Shown: one piece after another, positions 23,584-35,590 of the stretch | Numbering within the stretch: position 1 is the first letter of the stretch | Layout of the letters: each line of letters opens with the position of its first letter | NCBI GenBank assembly: GCA_002269645.1 | Contig: NIVC01000517.1 | Location: 89,043 to 153,042 of the forward strand | Reading direction: 5' to 3' | Length of the DNA stretch: 64,000 nt | Origin: Macrostomum lignano | Taxonomy: Eukaryota | Translations under genes and position numbers: made by a program | The notes under the pieces: model-generated | Database searches by the model: none | What the model was told of the DNA's origin: nothing | What the model saw: the letters and a program-made list of their open reading frames with translations, nothing else

Positions 23584-25055
23584 GAAGCTTAACAATAGCC
23601 TGTAGTTGGCAAACTTGACTGCAATGTCCAACAGAGCTGCTTAATAACTATTTCGGACTGGGTAGGCAGCTTTCTTGGCAGCTTGGTTTTACTTTTACGG
23701 GCCGGCTTATACGCTCGTAGCCCGCCCCCCCGCCTCGCCTGCGCCTGCTTTATCGTGAGCACAGCTCTCTTGCATTGTACTATCTAAAGAAACGCCCCCT
23801 ACCCTACCCCAGCAACCACTAGCTCTTGACTGCATTTTTATTTATCAGATGGAGTACACCTTAGGCAATGGGATAGATTCAACGAGAAAAATATTGAAAA
23901 TATCATAAAAAAATATTAAACTATTAAAAAATTGCATTTCAAACTGATATTAGTTAAACAAATCGGTAAAACATTTTCTAGCGAAAACAATTCGTAGCTA
24001 ACATATAGCTCGTATCAAAGGGGTAAGTCGGACTCGCAAAAGTACGAGTATTCGAAATTGAAATATAAGAGATAAGCAATAAACCGTCTAAAACAGATAA
24101 GCCAAAACCAAAAGCTAGTTGAAAAAATTAATAAAAAATCTCGCTAGTCGTGGACACCTTACTCGTAGAAGGTCGAAGGTCAAAGGTCTGAATGCAAATG
24201 CGTGACTTTCTCGACGTCCGGACTTATTGAAATCTGCTTTGCTCTGTCTGAGGACTTTAATTGACAAGTTCACAACAATGATAGAATTAAAACAATTATT
24301 AAATAGGCAATAGGTAGGTACACCCCCCCCCAGTAAAAGCCATGGGAGACATGCCAATGTTTTTCCCTCCCCCCCCCGTCACCCCACATTTGTTGACCTG
24401 TTTTGGAAATCAAAAATGTTGCTTCAGGGCAAAAAACATAGCGCCTGCAGCACCAAAATGAGTATCTGCGGCGCCAATATGAGTGTCTGAGTGTCCAACA
24501 TGAGTGATCGCTGACGACACCGGTTATGTAAATAATGTACATGTAGGAATTTAGTCATGTGCATGTACATGTAGACTTATTGGCTTTGTTTCCCCACCAT
24601 TAAATCCATAGCGACGCCCCTATAACTTCGAATAATCAAACATCGCTAACGAAATTTTCAGCGAAAGCCATGCAGTCTCCAGTGAACTCTGCACGATAAG
24701 CGAGTGTAAGGTCCTTTTAGATATAAGTAATCATGTATTGGCGTTATACAAACGTATCACGTTTTTGTCGTCACAGCTCGCTCTTGACCATTTTTAATGT
24801 CACCATGATGCTACTTCGCTGCAGATCCTTCTGGAAAAGTGCATGGGTTTTGTGAAAAATCTTTCTTAAGTCAATTTTCTGGCCAACTCAACAGAAATGA
24901 AGTCACGGTTGTACTCGTATTAAATAAAAATTTCTCTCGTCTTGCATTACGCTTTGGACACGAAACTTCTCTAATTGAAGCCTGCATCAATGTTTGTTTG
25001 TTCTATAGCTAAAATACATTCTCTAGAGCCATACTGCTTGCTTTAATTCACTCAC

Positions 25056-25533
25056 ACTGTTCACAAGAAGTTCCAGCGTCGACCTCAACGTCTCGTACTG
25101 ATCGCAGATGACCCTCCTGTGTCGATGAATCAGCACTACTAGAAGTTGTTTGTATTTAAAAAATTCCAGCACCATCAACAGCTCTTGAGCATCAGCATCC
25201 GTAGAATAAGTCGCTTTAATTTAAACATACATTTCGCCAAGTCTGTGTCCATATTTTCAGCCAAGAGGTGGATTGTTAAGCACTGAAGTGAGACACAAAA
25301 GTTAATGTAGTACTGCAGCAGGTAGAAACTTTCCCTTCGGGAAACTGCGACGAATCGCTTCCGGTAGGAAAGACAACTCAGGCCGATCGTCCAGGCGTAA
25401 ACCGAACTTGTACAGTGAGTTGACGCCTTGCAGACAGCCTTTCCGTCCAGGACACTTGGTGGTCTGACGAACAGTCAAAGCCCTTTCTCACCTTCCAGTG
25501 CAAGGACTCGCGAACAGCAGCTTTAGCGTCGCT
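25056..25533 (-). pseudogene. Frameshifted paralog fragment of the cGLR C-terminal region
   Basis: AKAAVRESLHWKVRKG, LYKFGLRLDDRPELSFLP, DAQELLMVLEF match the 16906-18314 exon; same gtgagt donor at the equivalent position; several indels. Confidence 0.85.
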
Positions 25534-25537
25534 TTTC

Positions 25538-25622
25538 GTCGGCTGGCAAATGTCCGGCTGGCAAACGTCGGCTGGCAAATGTCCGGCTGGCAAACGTCGG
25601 CTGGCAAATTTCCGGCTGGCAA
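25538..25622. repeat. 15-bp tandem repeat (CGTCGGCTGGCAAAT/GTCCGGCTGGCAAAC) truncating the cGLR pseudogene
   Basis: About 6 tandem units. Confidence 0.85.
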
Positions 25623-27175
25623 AGGTCGTAGACCCGAGCAAGCCGTACGTTGGCCTCTTAAAGACGAAGATGATTGAGCACAGTGCTAATTTGGCTTGTT
25701 ATTTGTCTGCATAGGCAAGTATAATAAGTATGAAGCTGCTCAGCTGCTCCGGACCCGTCAAAAAATTCACCCGGAAACTTCACCTAGAAATTAGTGATCC
25801 GGGCTTGGAAACAACAAAAATTCCGGGTTGAGGCCCAGATCAGCAAAATTGGGCCCGGATCACAATTTCCTTCCGGGGTTCTGATCCGGGATATTACATA
25901 TCCCTGAACAAAGCCTGATCCAGAGGGAGAAAACATGATCCGGGTGGATTTCCGGGATAATTTCACCCAGATCAGAGCTTGTTCCGGGTCAACTCCCAGA
26001 TCTTTACCGTAATGTGAGGCTGTGGCCCATCCGCCGTACAGGTGACAATTGAAAAATTGTTGCGCCCTGATTGTGTGCGTTTGACTTCCAATGGCATGTA
26101 GTCTGTCACAGCTGCTTAGTGTGTCAACGGGCTGACTGATTCTATTGTCATATTTGACGATTAGAAGCATAATAAATCAGCCAATCATATTGTTTGGCAC
26201 AGCTGGGTGTCTAGACTAAGACTGTGGCATAGTTCCAAATAGCTCTAACTGGCGCAGTATTCAAAGCAGCTTTCCTATTAAGATTAGACGCAAATCCGAA
26301 ATATGTCGGTACATGCTCCATTGGTTTGTCTAAGGCGTTTGCAGTTGCACCAGCCGTGGGCAGATCAAGTCTAGAGTAGTCTATACAGACTACGAGGGTC
26401 GGTAATCATGTCGTGTGGCTCAGGGCAGCCGCTGAGTATGATGAATAATTGCAATACCGTGGGAATTCTGTATTAGATCTGCAAATACAAATTAATCATG
26501 CGCTTCAGTGTTAGTTCTCTTTTGTCTTTTTTATTCTCCGCTTTTGGCTCCGTGTTGCCGGATGAAAAGAAAAAGAAATTAGCCGACGTGCTTCTTAGCA
26601 TGCACTCTATCCTACTGTCTTAATTTAAGCATGTTATGCCCAATGTTATTTATTAGTCTAATGCGAACTTCAGAAGTTTTTTCTATCAGGAAAGTACAGC
26701 ACATGCTTGTGCGGCAGTAAAGATCCTATTGCGTGAAGCGAACACCAATGAAATGCGTTATAGAAATCATACGAGTATATATACTAGCGTTCAGTGAGAA
26801 TGATGCCCAGTCCTCGTCCGCCCTCGTCCGCCCTGGTCCCCTCTCGCCCTCCTGCGCTCGTGTCCTCGCCCCCTCGCCGCCCTCGGCTCCTCAACTGCTC
26901 CGCTAGCTTGCCCCAACAATCGAGCCTGAACTCTGATATCCTGATCTAACAAAGAGATAAATCAGGACAAACGTCAATTCGTGCAACAGTATCGATAAGT
27001 AACCTGTGGCTCTATTTTCACTGAATTGCTTAACAAATTTGCGTGGTCAATATCCTATCAGAAATTGCAACCAACATGAATTAGTATTAAACATCCGTGT
27101 TGAAGGTTAGAGATCGAGAGAAGCAAATCGAACCTCTGATTTATTTAATTCACCAGAAGCATCGATGATTGTAGA

Positions 27176-28849
27176 CATCGTCAAAGAGAGGGGGAACACC
27201 CCCACGACATTTAAAACATTTGACTGTACCCCGCACATTGGGGCCGTCCAGCACCTCAGGTCAGGGGCGTAGCCAGGAATTTCTCACGGGGGGGGATGCA
27301 AGGATATAAATGAGTAAAGCTGCTGCTACTTGTACAGCTTGCTGGCCCAATGACAGTTCACAAGAAAATTTAGTGCCGTAAATCAAATATGTAGGTGATA
27401 GGGTAGCTATGAACGGCCAGTCAAGTTTCTAATTCGATTAAAATAGCACAATTTAGTGAAAAAAAAATAGAAAAAATTCTTTCTACTGAAAGCTTGAGTA
27501 AATGAAAATCGTTTTTTACTTGCTGCACTAGCATGCACTATGCTTTCCAATGTATCAATTTTGAATACAAACCTTAGAGATTTAGTAATTTCTTACACCC
27601 ACCAACCAGGCCCACGGGGGGGATACATCCCCATATCCCCCCCTTGCCTACGCCACTGCCTCAGGTGCGCATCGAGACTGTAGTGAAATCGTACCGACGG
27701 CTTCTAGGAGCAGACATCCCTTTCGCCGACTTCGGATGTGGTAGTGTTGGTGAACTTGTAGACCGGTACAGTGAAAAATTCACACTTTGGCTTTGCTTAG
27801 CTTTGGCCGGAGCCGGCGTCACCAGTCAACCGAGTTTGCCAGGCAAGGCCAAAGCCGGCGGCGCGGCGCAATTGACAGTGGCCGAAATCGGCCGGATGCT
27901 CACACAGAGCAATCATGTCGACGCCGCACTGAAGCAGTGACAATGGTACTTGACATCATCGCGTTTATTGCCCATCAAACAGCCGCTGTTTGAGTCCACT
28001 TTGTCCAGTGGACTCTGGACCAGAACGCTATCTCACCGTTAACCAGTCGAAACACTCGACGGCGCAGTTGCGTTTCGAAAACAACCGGCGCGAGGCGGCC
28101 AATAAGGCTTCCAATCAGTGCGGTTGCAATGCTATCAGCACTGTAAAGCAATGGCCTCTGCGCATGCTTCGCGACGTGCTCGGTCTTCTCACGACCGCCG
28201 TAGAAAGACCAAACAACGTGTATACGGACTTTCTGTGGCAGGACGGAGGGAATGACTCGTGCGACCTCAGCATGGTTCCGGCTGCTGTGATGGAGCGGCT
28301 CGTAGTTGTCCAAATCGGCCTACGGGACATTGTCCGGCGTGGCTGCTGCTTTCACCAGCTCAGATGTTGGGCACGGAGCCCTTGGCCGACCGAGCCGACG
28401 CTCTGATGGCGCTACTCCGTCAGGAGGTGGGCAAATAATTCAATTTGGTACAACAGCACGGAAGCGGCCGGAAAGACCTAATCGGCTTCCTGCTCCAAAC
28501 GCTGCTTAAGGAGGGCATCCCCCGTGGCTACTGCACGACGGACAATATCGCCGTGGCCATTGTGGGTGGTGAGGTGAGGTACTGCAGCTTTGGTGCGCCA
28601 GTAATGCTTTCGACCTGCAGTGAGGCGGCCCAATTAATGGTTCGCGACCCGGCACTACTGGCGTTGCCTAGCTCAGGCCTTGCATCGCGGGGGCTCGTTG
28701 TCGACCCTGAGGAGCCGATGCCCGACACGGCGGATGGCGGTGCTAGCACTCCGGCCAACGTCTATTATGGTTACGACTATTACCTACGCTTTCGTTACCG
28801 TAGATACGCCCTGGGCGTTGGCAGCCGGCGTACTGAAATTATGAAATGA
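27176..28849 (+). pseudogene. LOTUS (OST-HTH) + pseudokinase-like gene, decayed copy 1
   Basis: VRIETVVKSYRRLLGADIPFADFGCGSVGELVDRYSEKF is LOTUS-like. Downstream QCGC..WPL..DLSMVPAAVMERLVVVQIGLRD and TLLKEGIPRGYCTTDNIAVAIVGGEVRYCSFG are shared with copy 2. Stops, frameshifts and a MITE insertion. Confidence 0.65.
27262..27658. mobile_element. hAT-type MITE (397 bp)
   Basis: TIR CAG(G/T)GGCGTAG(C/G)CA; perfect 8-bp TSD CCTCAGGT at 27254-27261 and 27659-27666. Confidence 0.9.
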
Positions 28850-28919
28850 GCACAATTTGACGGCAGATTGGTGTTTTGGCTGAAATTCCGGATATGGAAA
28901 CCGAAGAATATTTTAACAA

Positions 28920-28986
28920 TGTGAGCGCCATCTTTTTTTGGAAAGTGACCTGTGTCGAATCACATTAGGCATCGTAACGCTCTTAA
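28920..28986 (-). ncRNA. Degenerate Penelope-type terminus with hammerhead-like motif
   Basis: Reverse complement AAGAGC GTTACGA TGCCT AATGTG ATTC GACAC AG GTC ACTT..GATGGCGCTCAC aligns with the 60.7/61.8 kb Penelope termini. Confidence 0.5.
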
Positions 28987-31530
28987 CCTCTACGCGACGG
29001 GTGGGGTATAGCATCACCCCTGTTGCAGACGGCTGTCCCGAAATCGGGACATAGACTATTGGACAGTCGCTAAAGTTGCTGCTGCAGCACCCCCTTTCCC
29101 GCCGGTTTCTCTCTGTCGCGACTGTCTTAGTCATTTCTTCAGTTCATCTGCACTTGTCTCTGTTTACTGTTTTTTCCCTCTTGGTCCAGTTCAGTTTTGT
29201 TATTTTTATCTGTTTCCGCGCGATCCCTCGCTGCCTTCTGATTGGCTCTTCAACCTCTCCTCTTTTTTAGTCGCGAGTTCCACCCCCTCCTTTTATTATC
29301 TTCACCCCCCCTAGTTTAATGTCTTTTAAATATATTCGTTTAGGGCCCTGTCCAATTACAATTAAATATTAAATAGCCTCTCTTATTTTTCCTGCACTTT
29401 CACTCTAACTATATATTTACTGTCTCACTGGCTGCTGCGCTTCCTCGCGTTGTTCTTGCCATGGAATCTGAAAACGAATACGCAGAAATTTTCACTGATG
29501 ACGATTCCCTGGAGTCGCTAGATGGAATCGAGGATGAGTTGATGGAGGAAGAGGCGAACAAGCAGAAGAAGAAGAAGAAGAAGGCATGCAGACAGAGGAA
29601 GTTGGTGATGTACCAGAGTGGCACTTTGTTCAGACTGGAATGGATGCTGTGCCGAATGAAGCCGAGTTTCTGGGAACACCAGGGGTTCGCCCAGATTGGA
29701 GGCCTCCAGCTCCAGCTGATGGAAACGAAGAGGAGTTTCTGCGTCTGTACCTTACTGATGGAATCATTGCAAGCGTGAAAACCTGGACGAATCGTAGGGC
29801 GTGGAAGATATTCGAGGAGTGCGCTGACGAAGAGCAGTAGCCGAAGCTGGTAAAGAACTGGAGAGATTGTACAGATGATGAGGTGAGGAAGCTGTTCGGG
29901 ATTGTTCTGTTGATGGGCCTGGACAAAAAGCCGGAAATCAGCAGCTACTGGAGCCAGGACCCTGTTTTCCATTGCTCCTTTCTGTCTATGCCCAATGCCC
30001 TCTCGAGAGATAGGTTCAAGCAGCTGCTTTCCTGCTTTCGTTTCTACGACTGCACGGATGTTCAGGAAGGGCCCCAGCCATTTCTACACCAGCTGCAGCA
30101 GGTGTGCAGCAACAATTACATGCCGCGTCAGCACATTTCCGTGGACGAAACGCTCGTCTTGTACAAGGGGCGTCTGCTGTTCAAGCAGTACATCCCGACT
30201 AAGAGGAGCAGATACGGTGTCAAGCTATACTGCCTGTGCGAGTCGGAGACTGGCTACTTGTGGAATTTCGCAGTCCACTCCACGGAGCACGCGAATGCAC
30301 AGTTTGGACTGGGACTCGAGTGCGGCGGCCTCTCTATTAGTGAGCGAATTGTGGCCAAGCTGTGCCGTGAACTCCTGCACATGAATTATAACGTGTTCAC
30401 GGACAGCTGGTTCACGTCGCATCGGCTGGCCGTTTGGCTGCTAGCGAATGGAACTCGGCTGACCGGCACGTGCGCAGCAATCGAGGCGTCCCGCAGTTGC
30501 TGCAGCAACTGCAACTGCGACCGACTGCGGCGGCTTTCGCGAGGAACGGTGAGGTGCTCGCTTGTAAGTTCGTGGACAGGAAGAGCAGTGGAACAAAGAC
30601 CGTGTATCTCCTGGACACTGCTGGGCAGGCTGCCTGTGTGAACGTGCCACGAGTCCGTCGGGGAGGCGAGCAGCAGGTGATCGCGAAGCCAGTGACAGTG
30701 GTCACCTACTCGAAGAGTATGGGCGGCGTGGACCGTATGGATTCGGCAGCGAACCCCTACCTGGCCAGCCGGAAGACGCTGCGCTGGTTTCAGAAACTTG
30801 CGTTTTACCTGCTGCTGCTTCTAGTTCGGAACTCGTGGATCGTCTACCGCCAGCACGGAGGTACCAAGACTTTCCTGGCGTTTCTGCGCAAAGCGGTCAG
30901 CATCTTGGTGGAGGAGACTGGCAGGAGCAGGCGCCATTTCGCTGTCAGGGCAGGCCGTCCTGCAGCAGTCGGACCGGCAGGTGACGGCCCTGCAGTACAG
31001 CATTTGCCGACCAAAGCTCCATTGAACGCTGCCCATGTTCGGCCGCGCAATCGATGCCGCGTGTGCAGCGAGAACCGAATGGCTAAGAAGACATTGTCCG
31101 GGAATGCCAGCACTTTGCATAGGCCAGTGCTTCAGAAACTGGCACAGCCAACCGCACTGACTTTTACAGACCTTCTCGTCTTCATGTTTTTTTTTCATCC
31201 ACTCCCCCGGTTGACTTTGCTCTCTCCATTCCTAACCCGCTCCCCTTTTTGTCCCCACCCCTTGAATAAAATTAAAGCAAATATTTATGGAGTACCCTAA
31301 CAAGGAGGTTTCCGTTGCTATGGTGTCTATCCAAAATTATCTGTTCTAATCCTGGTTCTGTTCTGTTAGCACTTTCACTTATTTTAAATTAAAATAAAGC
31401 AGTGTGTCCCGTTTTTAGGACACAGCCGTCGGCAACGGCAGTGCAGCGCAGCTGCAGTTTTGACCATAGAACTTAGTTTTAAGTTTTCGGCTGCAGCAGA
31501 AGTGGCTGCTATCCGTCGGCTTACCGTTAA
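28983..31530 (+). mobile_element. piggyBac (PGBD4-like) transposon, defective
   Basis: Transposase pieces 29461-31150: ISVDETLVLYKGRLLFKQYIPTKRSRYGVKLY, FTDSWFTS, MGGVDRMD, RKTLRWFQKLAF, RCRVC. One stop and two frameshifts. ~40-bp inverted repeats at ~29014-29051 and ~31405-31443. TTAA at 28983 and 31527 (outer ends provisional). Confidence 0.88.
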
Positions 31531-31539
31531 AAAATCTGC

Positions 31540-31740
31540 AGCCCAAGATTTAGGTGACGGTCTAAAATCTAGATTTTAAGCTTAGGAGATTAAAGAAGAC
31601 CACCGACTAATGTAGCCCCGTTGTCGTCTAAACTGTTAAATTCGTATGAGTGAACGAAAAAATCGTAGCTAATGTTTAAGAGCGTGACGATACCAACGCG
31701 AGGCGAAACGTGTCCCTTGCCAAGAATGATGGCGCTCACA
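31540..31740 (+). ncRNA. Penelope-type terminus with degenerate hammerhead ribozyme motif
   Basis: AAGAGC GTGACGA TACC AACGCG AGGC GAAAC GT GTC CCTT..ATGATGGCGCTCAC. Confidence 0.55.
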
Positions 31741-32904
31741 TTTGTTAACTTTACTATTCATGAAACGCACAAATTTTCCGTAACAAGACTTAGCCAACGT
31801 AATAAGAACGTGACGGTCCAAAAGCTGAGAAGACCATTGTATTTACCATTCCGTTTTCACGTATCTGGTGCATTTAACGCTGCTTTCTTCTCAGGTACCA
31901 CTTCTTCGTGACAAATACACTATATAACAGCTTGCTCCTCCTTTTTGGGGTAGATTTACGCCCTTGTTTAGTCAATCTGTGCATCGTCGCTTTACAAATT
32001 ATAACCCTGAGGAACGAGTTCTACGTCTATAGGAGAAGCATACTCCTGTCCATCTGTGTACCAGTCTGGCTCTGGGCTTGTGTAGATCTGCGGTAGATAG
32101 CAATGTCTGCGGAGACATGTGCCAATGGGTTTTTCTAATATCATTTACAATATCTTTCAACGCCCCTTAGCATGACACAATTCTATGGATTGCAGTATAT
32201 TGCAACAATTAAGACGGGCAATAGTAATGTTACTAGCTAGATAAGTATGGATGTACTGGTATGATTTATTTTAGCAGTGAATTTTCCATTACTACAGAAA
32301 TTATCATTACAATTTATGCAGCCAACTGGCCAACTGGTAATCTTGACGGGATCAGTCTACTCTGCCTAGGGGTATAAGCTAATTTAAGGTTCAATTTATA
32401 AGTTGAGTGTCATAAATGGTAATCTGGTCATGTGGCGTAGCGCTTTTGTGAAATTACAGTAAAAGCAATGTAAGGTCCTAAAGGGATTATATGTGTGTTG
32501 CTCCTTCCCGAGTTCTTGAAGATGTTCCTAGAAATATAACTCGCTGCTCCGGAAGTAGCTAGATAGTACCGTTGTACTACCTATCGATTTGCCTAAAAAG
32601 GAACCTAAAACGTTAGCCTTAGACTTGGTAGGGTTGCTGCCACCTTGGTGTGCGGACTCGACGCGTCGGCAGAGTTGTCTATCCGTCACCTGAAATAAAA
32701 TAACAAAGTCGCTCGGAGAAAATGTCTCGACAGTTGATCGTTCCTAAAATTGCTGCTCGATCCTGAAAACCTGAAAATCCTGAAATGAGAGAGTAGAGCT
32801 CGGAGGCAGAGAGGCAGCTCCGGTCGAGCCCAGGCAGGACGACGCGATCTGGAGAAAAATGGCTCGCAGATGGTCTGTATTTATAGTCGAGCAGACCCCC
32901 AAAA

Positions 32905-33241
32905 GTCACGTGAGTTTCATGCGGTGAGCGCGTGAAACTTCCTTATTTGGTCCTCAGAATCATGCGAGCGATGCGTGATCCAAGGCCAACTTCCAAATAA
33001 GGTAACCCTGTCACGCAGCAGTGGCGTGATTCAAGGTAAGCGGCCACGCATAACATGCGTGCACAGTCACGTGCTTATTCTGAGCTAAAAATAGAACTTG
33101 GGCGGATGAGTCATCCTGTTTACTCCCTCTAGGCAGCCACTACACCCCGCGCAGGCGATGAGTCATCCTGCTATGCCTCCCCAGCGCGATTGGGAAGACA
33201 TTGTGTGTGGCTGCCCGCGCCTGCTCGGGCGATGAGTCATC
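32905..33241. promoter_or_regulatory. Cluster of CArG, AP-1 and E-box motifs upstream of LOTUS copy 2
   Basis: CCTTATTTGG (32941), CCAAATAAGG (32993), GATGAGTCATC x3 (TGAGTCA at 33107, 33159, 33233), CACGTG (32907, 33068). Confidence 0.45.
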
Positions 33242-33475
33242 GGGCAGTAAACACTTTGGCCCAGCACAGGGTAACTCTCTCTCAAACAGGTGGACTGAGC
33301 TGATGTGCAACAGAACCCAGAGCTCTTAGGGAAAGCTAGTGAATGCTGCTGAATAGCCTGTTAGCAGCCGGTCACTACATATGTATACGTATTTTTAATA
33401 CAAGCTGCAAATGTGAACCGCCCCAACTCTTGCATCCTTTCAGCTTTGATTTTGTCATCGACTGCAGAATAAGCA

Positions 33476-34610
33476 ATGGCCAGAGAATTGCTCTTTAATG
33501 TTCGCTCCTTACTTACATGTATGCACCCTGAACGAGGGGGTAGACCGACCGCAACGATGCCTGTGCGGAAAATGGAGAGTTCGTATGCTAAAGTGCTGGG
33601 CCACATACCACGCCACGCCGAATTCGTCTGTACTTCCGTAAAGGAATTGCTGGCCAAATTTCCCGCCGAAGCGGCGGAATTGGACGTAGCTACAGATGGG
33701 CGCTTTGCACGCATTCGAGGCACCCAGCCGGCCGCGGAGCAGCGCATGGAGCCAGTCGCCAGCCAGCGGCCGGTCGCGGAGAAGTGCATGGCTTAGCGTG
33801 TGCCGTCTCTGACATTCTCGCTCAGTGGAGTTGGTCAGAGGATGAACCCTTGGCCGCGCTGCAAGTTGCCCGACCGGCACCGCGGCCTCCCGTTCTAGGC
33901 CCTGATCGCCACGTTTACGAAAGGCTATCGGATCAAATTCGAGTAGAAGAACAGCGGCAATCAAAGGGCTTTGCCTAAACAATGCAGTGCGGCTGCCTTC
34001 TTCCGTCAGGCCCAATAACGATGTGGCCTCTGCCGCTCCAAGTCAATATCCTTTATCTGCTAACGTGTGCGATGTGCGACCCAGTGCATGTCACCATAGG
34101 ATTTCGATTAGCCGCAGACGGCAAGATCGAGCCTGATGTCTTGGACATCTCCAACTTACCGCTGGCGGTACTGGAGCGGATAGCGGTACTAGAAGTTGGC
34201 ATTCGGGACTGCTCTACCAACTGCTTACTGCACCTCGAGCGCAACACCGCCCGGATCATTGGCCTCGGTTACCGAGAGGCCCACCTTAGAGGTCTCGGTA
34301 AGCGAGGCCTATAGCCGGCACGGAGGCAATCGTTGCTCGAAGCGACGCATTGCGTTGTTCGCTCCTGAATAAGCGCGAGTTTCGCCAGGAGTGCAGTAGC
34401 CAAGGCAGGAAAGGCGCTATAAAATTTTTTTGATGCACTCGTCGCAGAGGGTGGCTCACGCTTCTGTACGTCGGACAACGTTGCCGTTGCAATCACTGGA
34501 GTAGAGGTTCGCTACTGCACATTCGGCGATGCTTTCGTGCCGGATAATCTGTGGGAGGTTGCCCCTTCCAACCTGCGGCTATTTCGCCTGGCCGCCAGCA
34601 CTGCCAATGC
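33476..34610 (+). pseudogene. LOTUS (OST-HTH) + pseudokinase-like gene, decayed copy 2
   Basis: MARELLFNVRSLLTCMHPERGG..MESSYAKVLGHIPRHAEFVCTSVKELLAKFP fits the LOTUS pattern. Then QCGC..WPL..DISNLPLAVLERIAVLEVGIRD and FCTSDNVAVAITGVEVRYCTFG. Several stops and frameshifts. Confidence 0.68.
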
Positions 34611-34867
34611 CGACTAGCTGGATCCCGGCCCCTGTGTCGCCGCCAGCGCTGCTAGTACGCTCTGGGCGTTGGCAGCCGGCGAGCGAGCATGGAGTAGTAA
34701 TAAGTACTCATTATTTACTGTTGTAACAATTATCGCCTTTATACGCGCATGTAAACATGCAATTAATGTATGCACTTAATAATTCAAGGCAGATTCGTGT
34801 TGGGTAAATATCCGGATAACCATCAGTTGGTAGCCATCAGTTTTTGGTTAGCAATCGCGTCGCGCAT

Positions 34868-35032
34868 CGGCGGTCCAAAATCTTGATTTTAAGCTTGGGA
34901 GAGAGAAGACCACGGGACCGTTTTCGTCTAAATAGTTCAACATAAATGAATGAACAAGAAAACTAGCTAATTTTTAAGAGCCCGACGCGAGGCGAAACAT
35001 GTCGCTTACCAATAAAAAATGATAGCGCTCAC
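34868..35032 (+). ncRNA. Penelope-type terminus with partly deleted hammerhead motif
   Basis: AAGAGCC--GACGCGAGGCGAAACATGTCGCTT..AAAAAATGATAGCGCTCAC; collinear with 31540-31740. Confidence 0.5.
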
Positions 35033-35590
35033 ATTCTTTATATATAGTGTAATTATCATTTCAGTATTCATCAAACGTGCCAAATTTCCGCAATAGTACT
35101 TTCATTGAACTGAGCCGGAAGTGACTGTCTTAGAAAAATATTTTTTACCATGGCGTTTTGTCACTGCTATATCATGTATTTTTAAACGGCATTATATCCC
35201 CATGCCCCCATGTGGTTGGGGTTGTTATAACCCCAACCACCGCCCCTTCTAGGTCTGTTTTGACCCCCACGGCCCCTTCAATGTCTGTTATGATCCCTAA
35301 CCCCTCTTCTAGATCTTTTATGACCCTTAACACCCCTTTTAGATCCACGCCTTACTGATATTTGATGAAGTTACTTGATTCTACTGTAAACCAAAACCAT
35401 TTTACTTAAGAATCCAAAAAAGCGTCACGAAAATAACAGTTTCATATACAATTTAGACAACATACAAGAAACTGGATTTAAGTAACAAGAAAGCTTTGAA
35501 AATACATTGGTTGCAACCAGTTTTGAGTCAGCGTGTAATCTGCCATCAAGCAATGGGTTTGTTACATTTTTCTAAGAAGATGCCGCATCA

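Noticed and set aside
25740-26000. CCGG/GATCCGGG-rich patch as a MITE
   Set aside because: Subterminal-like motif enrichment, but no TIR pair or TSD could be delimited by eye.
27990-28849. Calling the LOTUS gene an oskar ortholog
   Set aside because: Only one short block (VVVQIGLRD) resembles OSK, and kinase-loop spacing fits better. Left as an alternative to test, not asserted.
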